From positions 96,001 through 160,000 of the forward strand of contig JBFMAD010000002.1 in the NCBI GenBank assembly GCA_040755855.1: a stretch of DNA of 64,000 bases, in the 5' to 3' direction. Source of the stretch: Planctomycetota bacterium. Its GTDB lineage: Bacteria; Planctomycetota; Brocadiia; JAADGH01. The notes below the pieces were generated by a model. That model searched no databases. It had not been told where the DNA came from and saw only the letters and a list, made by a program, of their open reading frames with translations. This document shows, piece after piece, positions 36,103 to 46,618 of this stretch. The translations under genes and the position numbers were made by a program. Position 1 is the first letter of the stretch; the number at the start of each line of letters is the position of its first letter.

Positions 36103-37173
36103 TCAATCGGAAAGTTTGGTCGAGACGCGGGCGGCGTCGAACGTGGCCATCTCGGTGAGGATCCGCTTCGCCGCCTCGACCAGGTTCATGGCCAGCGCCG
36201 CGCCGGTGCCCTCGCCCAGCCTCATGCCGAGGTCGAGGAACGGCTCGACGCCTATCGCCTCCAGCATGGCCCGGTGGCCGGTCTCGACGGAGCGGTGCGA
36301 GGCGATGATGTAGTCCTTCGCCGCGGGACAAAGCCTCGCGGCGATGAGGGCGCCGGCCGTGGAGATAAGGCCGTCAATCAGGACAGGCTTGCGATGCGCC
36401 GCCGCGGCGAGGACGCACCCCGCCAGGCCGCCGATCTCGAAGCCGCCGACCTTGGACAGCACATCCATCGGATCGGATGGGTCGGGCCGGTTGACGGCGA
36501 CGGCCTTCTCGATGGCCGCGACCTTTCGGTCCAGGCACTTGTCATCAACGCCCGTCCCGCGGCCGGTTACCTCCCGCACGCTCCGTCCGGTAAGGACGGC
36601 GGCGATGGCGGCGCTGGGCGTGGTGTTGCCGATGCCCATGTCGCCCGCGCCGAGGACGTCGAGGCCCTTTCCGCAGAGGCCCTCAACGACTTCGATCCCC
36701 GCTTCGACGGACGCGACGGCCTGGTCGCGCGTCATGGCCGGGCCTACGGCCATGTTTTGCGTGCCGGGGGCGATCTTCTTCGACAGAATCCTGCCGGAGT
36801 CGGCCAGGGCGCTCAGGTCGGCGGCTACGCCCATGTCCACGACCACTACCTCCGCGCCCACGAGCCGGGCGAGGACATTGATGGCCGCCCCGCATGCAAC
36901 GAAGTTGTGCACCATCTGGGCGGTGACCTCCTGTGGGAACGCGCTGACGCCCTCGGCCACGACGCCGTGGTCCCCGGCCATCGTGACAATGACCTTTCGG
37001 GTGGTGGGTGGATTCAGACTTCGGCTGATGCCGGCCAGCCGCACGGCGAGTTCCAGGATGCGGCCGAGCGCGCCGGGGGGCATGGTGAGTCTCGCGATGC
37101 GCTCTCTGGCTTTGGTCTCAGATGGTTTATTGGCGGGTCGGATGCGTTTGATGGTCGAGGCCAGGTTTCCCAA
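36103..37173 (-). CDS. cobT: Nicotinate-nucleotide-dimethylbenzimidazole phosphoribosyltransferase
   Basis: PPGALGRIL, AGDHGVVAEGVS, MGIGNTT, GGFEI, MRLGEGTGA, MATF. TTG start after SD GGAG. Confidence 0.95.
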   Translation of the reverse strand: MGNLASTIKRIRPANKPSETKARERIARLTMPPGALGRILELAVRLAGISRSLNPPTTRKVIVTMAGDHGVVAEGVSAFPQEVTAQMVHNFVACGAAINVLARLVGAEVVVVDMGVAADLSALADSGRILSKKIAPGTQNMAVGPAMTRDQAVASVEAGIEVVEGLCGKGLDVLGAGDMGIGNTTPSAAIAAVLTGRSVREVTGRGTGVDDKCLDRKVAAIEKAVAVNRPDPSDPMDVLSKVGGFEIGGLAGCVLAAAAHRKPVLIDGLISTAGALIAARLCPAAKDYIIASHRSVETGHRAMLEAIGVEPFLDLGMRLGEGTGAALAMNLVEAAKRILTEMATFDAARVSTKLSD

Positions 37174-37197
37174 TGTAGTGCTCCGTCTGCCTGGGCC

Positions 37198-37228
37198 AAA
37201 AAATCGCCCGCCCAACAGAGGGCGGGCG
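37198..37228 (-). terminator. Intrinsic terminator
   Basis: Minus strand CGCCCGCCC-TCTGTT-GGGCGGGCG followed by ATTTTTT. Confidence 0.7.
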
Positions 37229-37259
37229 GGAGGTTTCGCGTCGCCGTTCGACCGGCGCT

Positions 37260-37733
37260 TCACGTCCGGCGGCTGGCGCGGTCTCGTTTGGTTTTTTCGG
37301 GGACAAACACGTCGTCGAAGGCAGAGGCGAAATCGTAGACGTTGTGGAAGTCGTCAATGGAGTCCGAGTCTCGCCTCGCCATGAGCTGGTGCTGGATGAG
37401 GAGGTAAACCATCTCCCCGAAGTCGTCGGTGCGGAAGACGCCCCATTCCTCGAAAACCGCCTTTGCCATGTAGCCGAACTGCTCGATGGCGAACCGCCGG
37501 ACGCCCTCGCAGAGCTCCTGGCCGGTCACATGGCGCCCCTCCTCCGTCTCGCTGTCGCGGTTTTTTTCGAATAGCCCTTGCGTGTAGCTCAGAGCCTCGA
37601 AGAGGAACTGGAACGCCTGTGGATCGTATCGCCCGTCGCTTCTGGCGATTTTTGCCAGGGAGTACGCAAAACCGTCTGAGCCTTCTGCATCCGAACTCAA
37701 TGCCGTTTCTCTCCAATACTTCTGGAATCGCAA
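37260..37733 (-). CDS. Minf_1886-type Verrucomicrobia/Planctomycetes-restricted protein
   Basis: DGRYDPQAFQFLFEAL...HVTGQELCEG...FGYMAKAVFEEWGV...DFGEMVY...DSIDDF. Start uncertain. Confidence 0.85.
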   Translation of the reverse strand: MRFQKYWRETALSSDAEGSDGFAYSLAKIARSDGRYDPQAFQFLFEALSYTQGLFEKNRDSETEEGRHVTGQELCEGVRRFAIEQFGYMAKAVFEEWGVFRTDDFGEMVYLLIQHQLMARRDSDSIDDFHNVYDFASAFDDVFVPEKTKRDRASRRT

Positions 37734-37741
37734 GACACCGG

Positions 37742-38677
37742 CTATCCCCTATCCTCGTTGTCGTTAAGATCGCTCTCATCGTTATCGGTATCGCCGTTTT
37801 CGCTGTCGTCGCTGTCGGCTTCCCGTCTTTTGTCCCTCCGGCTCGACAACCTTTCTTTGTCGTCCTCCTGCCTGGGATCGGGGGCGGATATCTCCTTTTC
37901 GATCTCGCTGACGTGAACCACCACCTCGCGTTCGCCGTCGAGCTCGATGGTCACGAACTGCGGAAGGACCTCGTATCCCGTCACTTCGCCGATACCCTGG
38001 GCGATCTTGACCCGCGTCCCCTTCTTCGGCAGTTCTCGCTTGAGGTCGTCGTACATCTCGTCCTCGAAGCGCAGGCAGCACATCAGCCGGCCGCATCGCC
38101 CGGAGATTTTCGCGGGATCGAGCGTGGCCTTTTGGTTCTTGGCCATTTTCATTGTCACCGGCTCGAGCTTCTGCATGAAACTCTTGCAGCAGAGCTCCCG
38201 GCCGCAGTGTTCCACGTCGGCCAGCAGTCGAGCCTCGTCGCGGACGCCGATCTGGCGCATCTCGATGCGCATCTGGTACTCGCGGGCCAGGTCCTTCACC
38301 AGCGTCCGGAAGTCCACTCGCCCCTCGGCCAGGAAGTAAAAGATGATCTTTGTGCCGCCGAAGAGGTGCTCCACGTCGGCCAGCTTCATCGGCAGATTGT
38401 GTTCCTTGATCTTCTGCTCGCAGAACTTGCGCTCTTTCGGGACGATCTCCTCCTCGATCTCCCTCACCCGCTCCATGTCCTTGGCGGTAACTTTGCGCAG
38501 AATTTCCCCCTTCGAGTCGTCCACCTTCTCCGCCTCATCGGTGATCGGCATCGAAAGGACGGCGCCAACCTCCACCCCCCGTTCAGTCCGCACCACGATC
38601 CGGTCCCCCATCCTCAAGCCGGCAAACTTGGCCCAGAACGTGGCGACGTAGGCCATGGCGCCGTACCGCACCGACAC
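37742..38677 (-). CDS. PSP1/RicT (YaaT) domain protein
   Basis: VRTERGVEVG, RVDFRTLVKDL, RQIGVRDEA, CGRELCC, KISGRCGRLMCCLRFE. Confidence 0.9.
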   Translation of the reverse strand: MSVRYGAMAYVATFWAKFAGLRMGDRIVVRTERGVEVGAVLSMPITDEAEKVDDSKGEILRKVTAKDMERVREIEEEIVPKERKFCEQKIKEHNLPMKLADVEHLFGGTKIIFYFLAEGRVDFRTLVKDLAREYQMRIEMRQIGVRDEARLLADVEHCGRELCCKSFMQKLEPVTMKMAKNQKATLDPAKISGRCGRLMCCLRFEDEMYDDLKRELPKKGTRVKIAQGIGEVTGYEVLPQFVTIELDGEREVVVHVSEIEKEISAPDPRQEDDKERLSSRRDKRREADSDDSENGDTDNDESDLNDNEDRG

Positions 38678-38764
38678 GACGGTCCGCTTGGCCTTTTCCG
38701 CAACAGATGGTTCCTGCGTGCTGATGACAATTCCCTTTCGCCGCGCAACCGATCAACATGAATT

Positions 38765-38794
38765 ATAATAGCATGTGGCGCCGTCGGCGGTCAA
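38765..38794 (-). promoter_or_regulatory. Sigma70-type promoter of the PSP1/RicT operon
   Basis: Minus strand TTGACC-18 nt-TATTAT, overlapping a TATAAT. Confidence 0.55.
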
Positions 38795-38827
38795 GGGATT
38801 TCCCGGCGGGACGGTACTCCCTCAGAT

Positions 38828-38908
38828 GTAGGGTGGGCCTTTGGCCCGCCATTTTTGTTTTCGCGTGGGTCGTCGCCAGCTAATCGGTGGGCCACAGGCC
38901 CATTCTGC
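38828..38908. repeat. REPIN-like inverted pair of REP palindromes
   Basis: GTAGGGTGGGCCTTTGGCCCGCC ... GGTGGGCCACAGGCCCATTCTGC. Confidence 0.65.
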
Positions 38909-38929
38909 GTTCTCGGTGCTTCTCTGCCT

Positions 38930-39157
38930 TCACTTTTCCTCCGGGCGGTCGGCGCCGGGCAGCTCGACGAAACTGCTGCCGTAGTAGGTGAAGATCACCT
39001 GGCCTTCTTTTGCCATGTCCTTGATGGCCTTCTTTACGTCCGCCTTGTCCACGCCCATCTCTTCAGCGATGGCCTTGGCCAGATCGCCCGGCTTTTGTTT
39101 CTTCTTCGCCGCCTGCAGGCGTTCCAATATCTTTTGCCGGATTTCCGCGTCGCCCAT
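38930..39157 (-). CDS. Small basic winged-helix protein (DsrD-like appearance)
   Basis: IRQKILERL...KPGDLAKAI...VKKAIKDMAKEG..IFTYYGSSFVELP. SD AGGAG. Confidence 0.6.
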   Translation of the reverse strand: MGDAEIRQKILERLQAAKKKQKPGDLAKAIAEEMGVDKADVKKAIKDMAKEGQVIFTYYGSSFVELPGADRPEEK

Positions 39158-39361
39158 GGATTCATCTCCTACTCGTCTGGGGTAATTTTGGCGAAGGCCA
39201 ATATATCCTCTTTGCGCATCCCCTTCAAGACAAAAGTGGACCGGGGGACCATCTTCCTGTCCTCCATGATCTCTCTGATCGAGGGCCTCTTGATTTCCCC
39301 AGCCGGGCGTTATATCCTGATATGCCGGAACTCAGGCAACTTGTCGCAAACGGAGCAAGCC

Positions 39362-40333
39362 ATGGAACTGAAAAACTGGCCGTCCTATCCGCACCAGGTG
39401 GACAAACTCGTCGAGCAATGGCAGGAGAAGTATCCGCGGTACCTCATCGTAGATTTCCTCACACAGCACCTTCGCCAGAAGGTCTATATGCTCACCGTCA
39501 CGGACCGCGACGCGCCCCAGCGTGGGAAGAAGAAACAGATGTTCACCGTACCCCACGCCCACGAACCGGCGGGGACCGTCGGGTCGCTCAACTTCATCCA
39601 CCAGCTCCTGACGGGACATCACTTGGATGGGACGGCGTCCACGCTGGACCGGAAACGGATTCTCGAGAAGACGCTCATCTCCTTCAACCCCGACTCCAAT
39701 CCGGGCGGGCGGATGCGCTCGCCGGTGCATTTCTGGGACGGGACGCGCTATACCAACGAGGAGTTTTGGGCATGGATGAGGGGGATAGACCCGGAGACGC
39801 TGAGTATGTTCAAGCGCGTCGCCCGGTGGAGCATCCGCGAGGAGAACCCGCTACGGATAGGAATCGTTTACGAGCAGCTCAACGAGCACGAGTTCGTCGA
39901 GCCGAACCGGGATATGGGGTCGTCGCTCCTGCGCCTTGTCGTAAGATACTGTAATAAATGGCGATACGACCAATATCTATCTTTGCACCAGACGGAGTTT
40001 CAGGGGCGGGCGGACCGGGCCAATGCGATGATTATCCTGCCGGTCGTCCAGACGGAGATCGGGCAGGAGCTGCAAGAATGTAACATGAACTGGGCGATGG
40101 ACATCATCGGGCAATGGAAGCGGGCGGGTGCGCGCCCCATCGAGGCGGTGAAGCCGCTCAACTACGGCGAGCCGCACCGATCCTGGTTCATCGAGTGCTG
40201 GGGGTGGTTGGAAAAGCAGATGCCCTGCATCACCGTCGAGATTCAGAACAACAATCCTGACACGCCGCCGGAGAAGCAGCTCCTTTTCATGGATGTAGCC
40301 ATTCGTGAGAGCGCAGAACGCCTGTTGCGATAA
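39362..40333 (+). CDS. M14 family zinc carboxypeptidase-like protein
   Basis: HAHE (HxxE), NPDSNPGG, NRD, SLHQTE, terminal TVEIQ. Confidence 0.75.
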   Translation: MELKNWPSYPHQVDKLVEQWQEKYPRYLIVDFLTQHLRQKVYMLTVTDRDAPQRGKKKQMFTVPHAHEPAGTVGSLNFIHQLLTGHHLDGTASTLDRKRILEKTLISFNPDSNPGGRMRSPVHFWDGTRYTNEEFWAWMRGIDPETLSMFKRVARWSIREENPLRIGIVYEQLNEHEFVEPNRDMGSSLLRLVVRYCNKWRYDQYLSLHQTEFQGRADRANAMIILPVVQTEIGQELQECNMNWAMDIIGQWKRAGARPIEAVKPLNYGEPHRSWFIECWGWLEKQMPCITVEIQNNNPDTPPEKQLLFMDVAIRESAERLLR

Positions 40334-40496
40334 GCGGGATTGTTTTGGGAGAAAAGAAAGACACCCGCGTCAGGGCAAGCCGCAAGGGAAGGTTTTGCGT
40401 GCCGAACCGCGGGCGTCTTATAGAGGCCGGCTGGCCTGGGTGATCCGTCACATCATACGCCCATCCATCTCTCTCGGCAGGTTCATGCCCCGTCAA

Positions 40497-40913
40497 TTAC
40501 TCGCTGCCGTGATTGTCGCGGGGGCTTCTGTTGCCCTTCGCCCTGGCCTCGCGCATCTTCGCAAGCCGCTCGCGGAAGAATAATCCCGCGCAGAGCATTC
40601 GGCTCACCTCAGCCGGTTGGAGGGACGTCAGGTGCTCCGGCGTCTTCAAGAGTTCCTTCGCCCGCTGGACGCAAGCCTGGGCCTCCTTCTGCGTCATCTT
40701 CGCCACGGCCTTTTTTCCACCCGCCAGGGACAGGACCGTACGATAGGGAACCATTCGCTCGCACGGCGCATCGAGCGCGCTGACCTTCTTGCCGCGGTAT
40801 GGGCACCTGCCGGTCAGGGGATCCCTTGCATCGGCAATCGGTATGGGCATGCAGTCGAAGCGCATGCAATCCCCGCAGTAGAGGCCCTCCTCACTGAAAG
40901 GTTCGACGCTCAT
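40497..40913 (-). CDS. Hypothetical Cys-cluster protein
   Basis: CGDCMRFDC...CP...PC. SD GGAGG. Confidence 0.55.
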   Translation of the reverse strand: MSVEPFSEEGLYCGDCMRFDCMPIPIADARDPLTGRCPYRGKKVSALDAPCERMVPYRTVLSLAGGKKAVAKMTQKEAQACVQRAKELLKTPEHLTSLQPAEVSRMLCAGLFFRERLAKMREARAKGNRSPRDNHGSE

Positions 40914-41231
40914 GGTTCCCTCCGCGCGTGTTGGGCTTCCGAGCCGTGCGATGTGCCGGGGAAGGCGATCACACCATGCTACAAGATCATGGATAGCGAC
41001 CATCCTTCCCCCCGACATGTAGTGTTATTATACCAAATTTGCAATCGCCCATCAAGCCCTAAATTTCAGGGGGGAATCTCCAGGATGCGGGAAAAGGCCC
41101 CGTCGGCGGGAGCGCCTTGCGTTCCACTTCGTCATGCGCTACAATCCCCGCCACGGAGCGCGGAGCCCTCGGCGCGTGCCGCGGACGATTTATGCCGGGT
41201 GGAGACAGGAGAAGGGAAGGTCAATTTGGCC

Positions 41232-42245
41232 ATGCACGATATTCGAAATTTTATCGAGAGCGTGCGCGAGATCGTCGCGAGTCACAATCTGGGCGAGCCG
41301 GGCGCATACCGCCGGTGGAACCGGCAGAACGCCGACTCCACTCGTGATCTCTCGTTGAATCCGTATGGCTGCGCCGACGCCGCGAACATTCTCTACACGA
41401 TTGGCTTTTTCCCGCGAGATTCTCGCGAGCGAGAAGGCTTTGTCCAGACGCTTCGGAGTCAACAGGATTCAGAAACCGGATTGTTCCGTGAACGCAACTC
41501 AGTGATTCACGAGATTCACACGACGGCCCACTGTATCGCCGCCCTTGAGCTCTTCGACGCCCTCCCGGAACATCCGCTGGCTGGGCTTTCCGAGTATCGT
41601 GATCCCAAGGCGATGGAGGCGTTTCTGGATGGGCTGGACTGGCGCGCCAATCCGTGGGGGGAGTCGCACAAGGGCGCCGGCGTCTATGTCGCGCTGGTCC
41701 TTGCCGGCGAAGTCTCGCTTGAGTGGGAGGACCGGTACTTTGCCTGGCTCTTCCGAGAGACCGACCCGGAGACCGGCTTCCTCAGAAAAGGGTGCATCGC
41801 CCCGATTGAGATGGGTGGGACGTCGTCAATCTTCCCGCACCTTGCCGGCGCGTTCCACTACCTTTTCAATCAAGAGTATGCGCGCAGGCCGATTCGTTAT
41901 CCGCAGGCGATGATTGACACATGCCTTGATCTATTCAACAGCGGCCACCCCGTCGGCAAAAGAGGCATCGGGTATGCGGGGATAGACTGGGTGTTCTGCC
42001 TCACTCGAAGCCTGCGACAGTGCGGGCATCGCTACGAGGACTGCCGCGAGGCGCTTGCGGCCTTCCTGGATTGCCACATGGACTTCCTGCTGCCGCTTGA
42101 CCCACACGCCCACGAGGGAATGAATGACTTGCATGCGCTGTTTGGAACGATCTGCTGCCTTGCGGAGCTTCAGACGGCGCTCCCGGGACAGATCAGGACC
42201 GAGCGCCCCTTGAAACTCGTGCTGGATCGAAGGCCCTTTATCTGA
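41232..42245 (+). CDS. Hypothetical protein, probable alpha/alpha toroid (prenyltransferase-like)
   Basis: YGCADAANILY, QDSETGLF, DPETGF repeats, HTTAHC. Confidence 0.6.
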   Translation: MHDIRNFIESVREIVASHNLGEPGAYRRWNRQNADSTRDLSLNPYGCADAANILYTIGFFPRDSREREGFVQTLRSQQDSETGLFRERNSVIHEIHTTAHCIAALELFDALPEHPLAGLSEYRDPKAMEAFLDGLDWRANPWGESHKGAGVYVALVLAGEVSLEWEDRYFAWLFRETDPETGFLRKGCIAPIEMGGTSSIFPHLAGAFHYLFNQEYARRPIRYPQAMIDTCLDLFNSGHPVGKRGIGYAGIDWVFCLTRSLRQCGHRYEDCREALAAFLDCHMDFLLPLDPHAHEGMNDLHALFGTICCLAELQTALPGQIRTERPLKLVLDRRPFI

Positions 42246-42264
42246 ATCGTGTTTTGGAGGAACC

Positions 42265-44700
42265 ATGGTTGCGAAAAGAATTCTGACTGTCGTTCTTCTG
42301 GTCTTCTGGGCGATTGGGTTGGTTGCTTGCGCCGAGGAGGGGATGGCCATTGTTGTTGGGAACAAGCCCGGCTCGGTTGAGCAGTTCGCGGCGGAGGAGC
42401 TCCAGAACTATCTGGAGAAAATCACCGGACAGAAGGTCCCCATCCAGGCGGAACGAACCAATGGCGCGACGAATCTCATCATCACCGGAACCGACGGTGT
42501 CGGTGACGAGGGGTTCATCCTGAGAGCCGAGGGCAACGACCTCCTTCTCGCCGGCGGCGGGCCGCGCGGGAGGCTTTATGCCGTCTACGAATTCATCGAA
42601 AAGCATCTCGGCGTGCGATGGTTCGGCTCGGATGCGAGCGATGAGGTCATCCCGAAACGATCTGCCGATGAAATCATCGCAATCGTCAAAAAAGGAATAA
42701 ACGACAAACAAGTCCCCTCGTTCTACTTTCGCGAGGTCTCGATCAACCTCGGCGGCCCGACCTCCATGTCCACGCTGGGCAAACTCCGCTTCAACGCCGT
42801 CATGACCGGCTATGCGCTGAGCGATACATGGAGGCAGACCACGCTGCCGGAGCTTCGGAAGCGTGGGATTGATCTGGTCATCGGCGGACACGACACCTAC
42901 CGGCGCTTCCTCCCCCCGGAGAAGCATTTTGTGGAACATCCCGACTGGTCTATCCTCCGCAAGGGCCAGCGCGTCGGCACAGACACGCTCGATGGCGGGG
43001 CGACCTTCTGCACCACGAACAAGGAAGCCCTCGCTATCTTCCTCGACAACCTCGCTGCGCATGTCAAGCAGATGCCCGAAGCGAAGTACATTTATCCGTG
43101 GCCGAGCGATGGGGCGCGCTGGTGCGAGTGCGAGACCTGCAACCCCATCTCCGTGGGCGACCGGCTGCTGGCGCTGGACATCGCCATTGCCGAGGCCGTG
43201 AAAAAGGTACGGCCCGACATGATCGTGATTCACTTCGCCTATGGCAGCCACATGGAGATCCCGCAGGACCTCCGCCCGCCCAGGGAAATGGCCATCAGCC
43301 TCAGCACATGGGGGCGCAACTTCGCCTATGCCATGGAGGAGGAAGGCACGGACAAAAAATTCCGCGACGCCCTCGCCGGTTGGAGCAGGATCTGCGAGGA
43401 GACCGGCTGCCCGCTTTACGTCCACTCCAAACTCATGCGACTCTTCGGCAACGGCTTCGTTCTGATGCCCTACGCCGTCGCGCCGAGGGACATGAAGTTC
43501 CGGAAGAAAATGGGCGTAGATGGCTTCGATTTCCACCGAGGCAACTATGGCTGGTGGACGAAAGGGCTGAACGACTCCGTCATCGCCAAGCTGGCCTGGA
43601 ACTGCGAGGCGGATGTCAACGCCATCATAGACGACTACTTCGTCGCCTACTGGGCGCCGGTCGGGGAGGATGTGAGAAGGATCTTCCTTAGCGTCGAGAA
43701 GGCCCTGCCCGACCGGAGATACTGGGCGGGCCACACGAATCCCAATCTCTTCCACACCAACATCGAGGGAAACGATCCCCGATACATCCCCAAAATCCTA
43801 AGGGCAGACACAAGTTTCAAGAAGGAATATCTGGACGAAATCGAGAAGTATAACGATAATTCCCTCTCGGTGCTTGGCGACTCCCTCGACGCGATCCGCC
43901 GCCTTCGCGCCGAGGCCAAGGACCCGGTCCTGTCGAAGCGCCTTGCGAAGCTCGACACAACATTCGAGTATGTGATCCTCCAGCGCGAGGCGATCCGGGG
44001 ATTCCTCGCCCTGCGCAAGGACGCGACGCCGATGGCGGCAAGCGCATCGGAGAGCCTGCGCAAACTGGATGAGCAGGAGGCGAAGATCACCGAACTTGAG
44101 GCGCTGGAAAAGAAGATCGAGGCGGTGTGCACGAAGGAGAACCGCGCGGCGGGCGTCCTCTGGGACAACGGCCAGACGCGATTGGACGCGCTGAAGGGCT
44201 GGCGCGACGCGATCCCCCAACGAAAGGCGCTATTCGACGCCGACGCCAAGATCGAGAAGGACATCGTCTGGCAGATCGGGACGCCCTACGCCACCTTTGT
44301 CGGGGATATGGGCGGCGGCGCCGGCCATCCGGCGCACGTGAAATACCGCATCCCCGATGACTGGACCCTCGGGCGCAGCGCGAGCGATTTCCCCCAGCGC
44401 CACAACGAGCCGGGCAAGAAGTGCGCCTGCCGGTACGACATCATCTTCAAGGCCGATGCCGGGAAGTATCTGCTCACCGTTGCCCACGGCACATCGGCAA
44501 AGCCGGAGACCGTTCATGTTCTCTTGGACGGCGCAGAGGTCGGCAAGTACACCACCCAGAACAAGGAGCGCAGCGTGCGGGCCGATTTCCCCTTGAGCAT
44601 CAAGGAGGCCGGTGAGCACACCATCACCCTCACCGAACCCGAAGAGGAAGGCGGGGGGTATGAACTGGATGCGATTCGGCTGGTTCGGGTTCAGGAATAG
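42265..44700 (+). CDS. Secreted DUF4838-type protein
   Basis: FAAEELQNYLEKITG, EGFILR, GRLYAVYEFIE..LGVRWF, WCECETC, AKLAWN. Confidence 0.75.
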   Translation: MVAKRILTVVLLVFWAIGLVACAEEGMAIVVGNKPGSVEQFAAEELQNYLEKITGQKVPIQAERTNGATNLIITGTDGVGDEGFILRAEGNDLLLAGGGPRGRLYAVYEFIEKHLGVRWFGSDASDEVIPKRSADEIIAIVKKGINDKQVPSFYFREVSINLGGPTSMSTLGKLRFNAVMTGYALSDTWRQTTLPELRKRGIDLVIGGHDTYRRFLPPEKHFVEHPDWSILRKGQRVGTDTLDGGATFCTTNKEALAIFLDNLAAHVKQMPEAKYIYPWPSDGARWCECETCNPISVGDRLLALDIAIAEAVKKVRPDMIVIHFAYGSHMEIPQDLRPPREMAISLSTWGRNFAYAMEEEGTDKKFRDALAGWSRICEETGCPLYVHSKLMRLFGNGFVLMPYAVAPRDMKFRKKMGVDGFDFHRGNYGWWTKGLNDSVIAKLAWNCEADVNAIIDDYFVAYWAPVGEDVRRIFLSVEKALPDRRYWAGHTNPNLFHTNIEGNDPRYIPKILRADTSFKKEYLDEIEKYNDNSLSVLGDSLDAIRRLRAEAKDPVLSKRLAKLDTTFEYVILQREAIRGFLALRKDATPMAASASESLRKLDEQEAKITELEALEKKIEAVCTKENRAAGVLWDNGQTRLDALKGWRDAIPQRKALFDADAKIEKDIVWQIGTPYATFVGDMGGGAGHPAHVKYRIPDDWTLGRSASDFPQRHNEPGKKCACRYDIIFKADAGKYLLTVAHGTSAKPETVHVLLDGAEVGKYTTQNKERSVRADFPLSIKEAGEHTITLTEPEEEGGGYELDAIRLVRVQE

Positions 44701-44713
44701 AAAGGCACGAGGC

Positions 44714-46585
44714 ATGACGCACGAGGCGTTTTTCCGGAAGAGACTTTGTCTCGTTGCCGGCCTGCTGGGACTGGGAATCCTTGTCTGCCAATCCATCCTC
44801 GCCCTGGATGCCAACCTTGTCGAGAAGAAACTGGCGGAGTCCCGGGCGACGCCGGAGAAGGAGATCGTCGAGTTCAAAAAATTGGTCGCCGACGCCCTGC
44901 GCAGGGGAGCGGGGCTTGACGACAAACACATGCAGGAGAAGGCGCACCAGGTCCACGCCCTCCTGCGGAAATACTACTTCGACCCGCGCAACAACATGGT
45001 CTATACGATCATCGAGCCGCATACCGGCCAGGTCGTCTTTCCGACCGAAGAGGACGTGAGGAACAATCTTCCCAACGCCAACGGCTGGTCAACCTGCATC
45101 GAGGACTGCGCGGGCTACGGGAACGGACGCCACCTGGCCTGGCTCGCGGCAAGGTGCGATGTAACGCGGCGGCCCGAACACGCCGAGTTCGCAAGGGCAG
45201 TCTTCACCGGGCTTTGCACGCTCGGCGAAATCCGCGAAGAAACCAAGCCCTTTCGCGCCATCGTCCGCGGCGTGCTTCCCGATGGAAAAACCTTCTACGT
45301 CGGAAAAGGCCCCGGCCCCGGCAGAAGCACGGGCGACAACTACACCGGCTATTGTTTCGGGATGTGGACCTATTTCCATTCTCCGTTCGCAAGCGACGCG
45401 GAGAAGGAGCGAATCCGCGCCATCATCCACGGCACAGACCCTCGCAGCGGCGGCGCCTTCGCGGCAATGGCCGGGGACATCACGAGCAATAAGGAGTTCA
45501 TGGACCGGTACGAGACGCGAAAAGCCCCCGCCCTCGAATCGCTGGCGGAGCAGACCGCAACCACCGACCAATCCTGGACCGCCGTGCAGCGGCAGATTCA
45601 TTACACCGCCCTTCGCAAAATTGATCCCGATCCTCTTTGCAGGAAGGTCTATGAACACGCCATGCGCGCCAATGCCTGGGGGCGGTGCAAGGACATCCTT
45701 GCCGGACTCGATTTCGACCCGAACAAGGACGATTACGCCCACCGCGTGAAGACGGTCCGCAATCCCCTCGACGGCATGTTGGCGGTGATGCTCTCGGAGG
45801 ATCGAGAGGCGATCGAAACCTTGCTGCCCCTCTACCGCCTGGTGATCGAGCGGTACGACTTTGCCGCGTTCCGCGACCAACGGCAACTCACGCCCTTTCT
45901 CGGCGCATATTGGCTCGCCGTGAAACAGGGCTTTCTCCGGTATGATCCTTCTCTCCCCGAACCGGACCTCCAGCATGTCTACCTCACCCCGCTTGACCCA
46001 AACCACACCCCCGTCCTCACCTACTTTGCCGACTGCGATCCGGCGGCTACGGGGGTTGACGAGGGGATGAACTGGCTGCCCGGCCCGCCCAACTGGAAGG
46101 TGCGAATCCGTGAGGCCCAAATGGAACTTCGGGAGGGTATCCTCCGTATCCAGTCCCCGCCGAAAGGAAACATCTCCTTTGAAGCCATTTCCGAACCCTG
46201 GCTCAGACGCGCCTCAAATGAACGGGGGTATTCTATCGAGGCGCGAATGCGCATCGCATCGGGGACATTCGTAATTGCGTTTGAGGATGGAGATTTTTCG
46301 GAAGAACTGGCAATTTCTCCCGACAAGATTTCCCTGAAAAACATACCTATGGAAGTCAAGAATACCGCCGCCGAATTCGCCCAGTACAAGATCAGCGTCA
46401 AAGGCAACCGACTCGAGGTGCAAAAAGATGGAACGCGGCTGTTCGGGGCGGAGTTGAAACAGCGTTCCAGCAGGAGGCAAATGACCTGGGGCGTTCGGTC
46501 CGAAGGGCGGGCGCAGTGCGAAGTGGATGCCTTCTCCTACACCGTGGCCGATCGTTTTCGATACCCGCACAGCGATTCAAAGTGA
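44714..46585 (+). CDS. Secreted hypothetical protein (helical domain plus C-terminal beta-sandwich)
   Basis: Signal peptide and a long ORF with coding-like codon usage. Co-oriented with the DUF4838 gene. Confidence 0.65.
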   Translation: MTHEAFFRKRLCLVAGLLGLGILVCQSILALDANLVEKKLAESRATPEKEIVEFKKLVADALRRGAGLDDKHMQEKAHQVHALLRKYYFDPRNNMVYTIIEPHTGQVVFPTEEDVRNNLPNANGWSTCIEDCAGYGNGRHLAWLAARCDVTRRPEHAEFARAVFTGLCTLGEIREETKPFRAIVRGVLPDGKTFYVGKGPGPGRSTGDNYTGYCFGMWTYFHSPFASDAEKERIRAIIHGTDPRSGGAFAAMAGDITSNKEFMDRYETRKAPALESLAEQTATTDQSWTAVQRQIHYTALRKIDPDPLCRKVYEHAMRANAWGRCKDILAGLDFDPNKDDYAHRVKTVRNPLDGMLAVMLSEDREAIETLLPLYRLVIERYDFAAFRDQRQLTPFLGAYWLAVKQGFLRYDPSLPEPDLQHVYLTPLDPNHTPVLTYFADCDPAATGVDEGMNWLPGPPNWKVRIREAQMELREGILRIQSPPKGNISFEAISEPWLRRASNERGYSIEARMRIASGTFVIAFEDGDFSEELAISPDKISLKNIPMEVKNTAAEFAQYKISVKGNRLEVQKDGTRLFGAELKQRSSRRQMTWGVRSEGRAQCEVDAFSYTVADRFRYPHSDSK

Positions 46586-46618
46586 AGGGGCTTTCCTGCC
46601 GCCTTGCCTGGCGCGGCC

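Noticed and set aside
37174..37260. Cobalamin riboswitch upstream of cobT
   Set aside because: The gap is too short and no B12-box motif is visible. Only a terminator-like hairpin is present.
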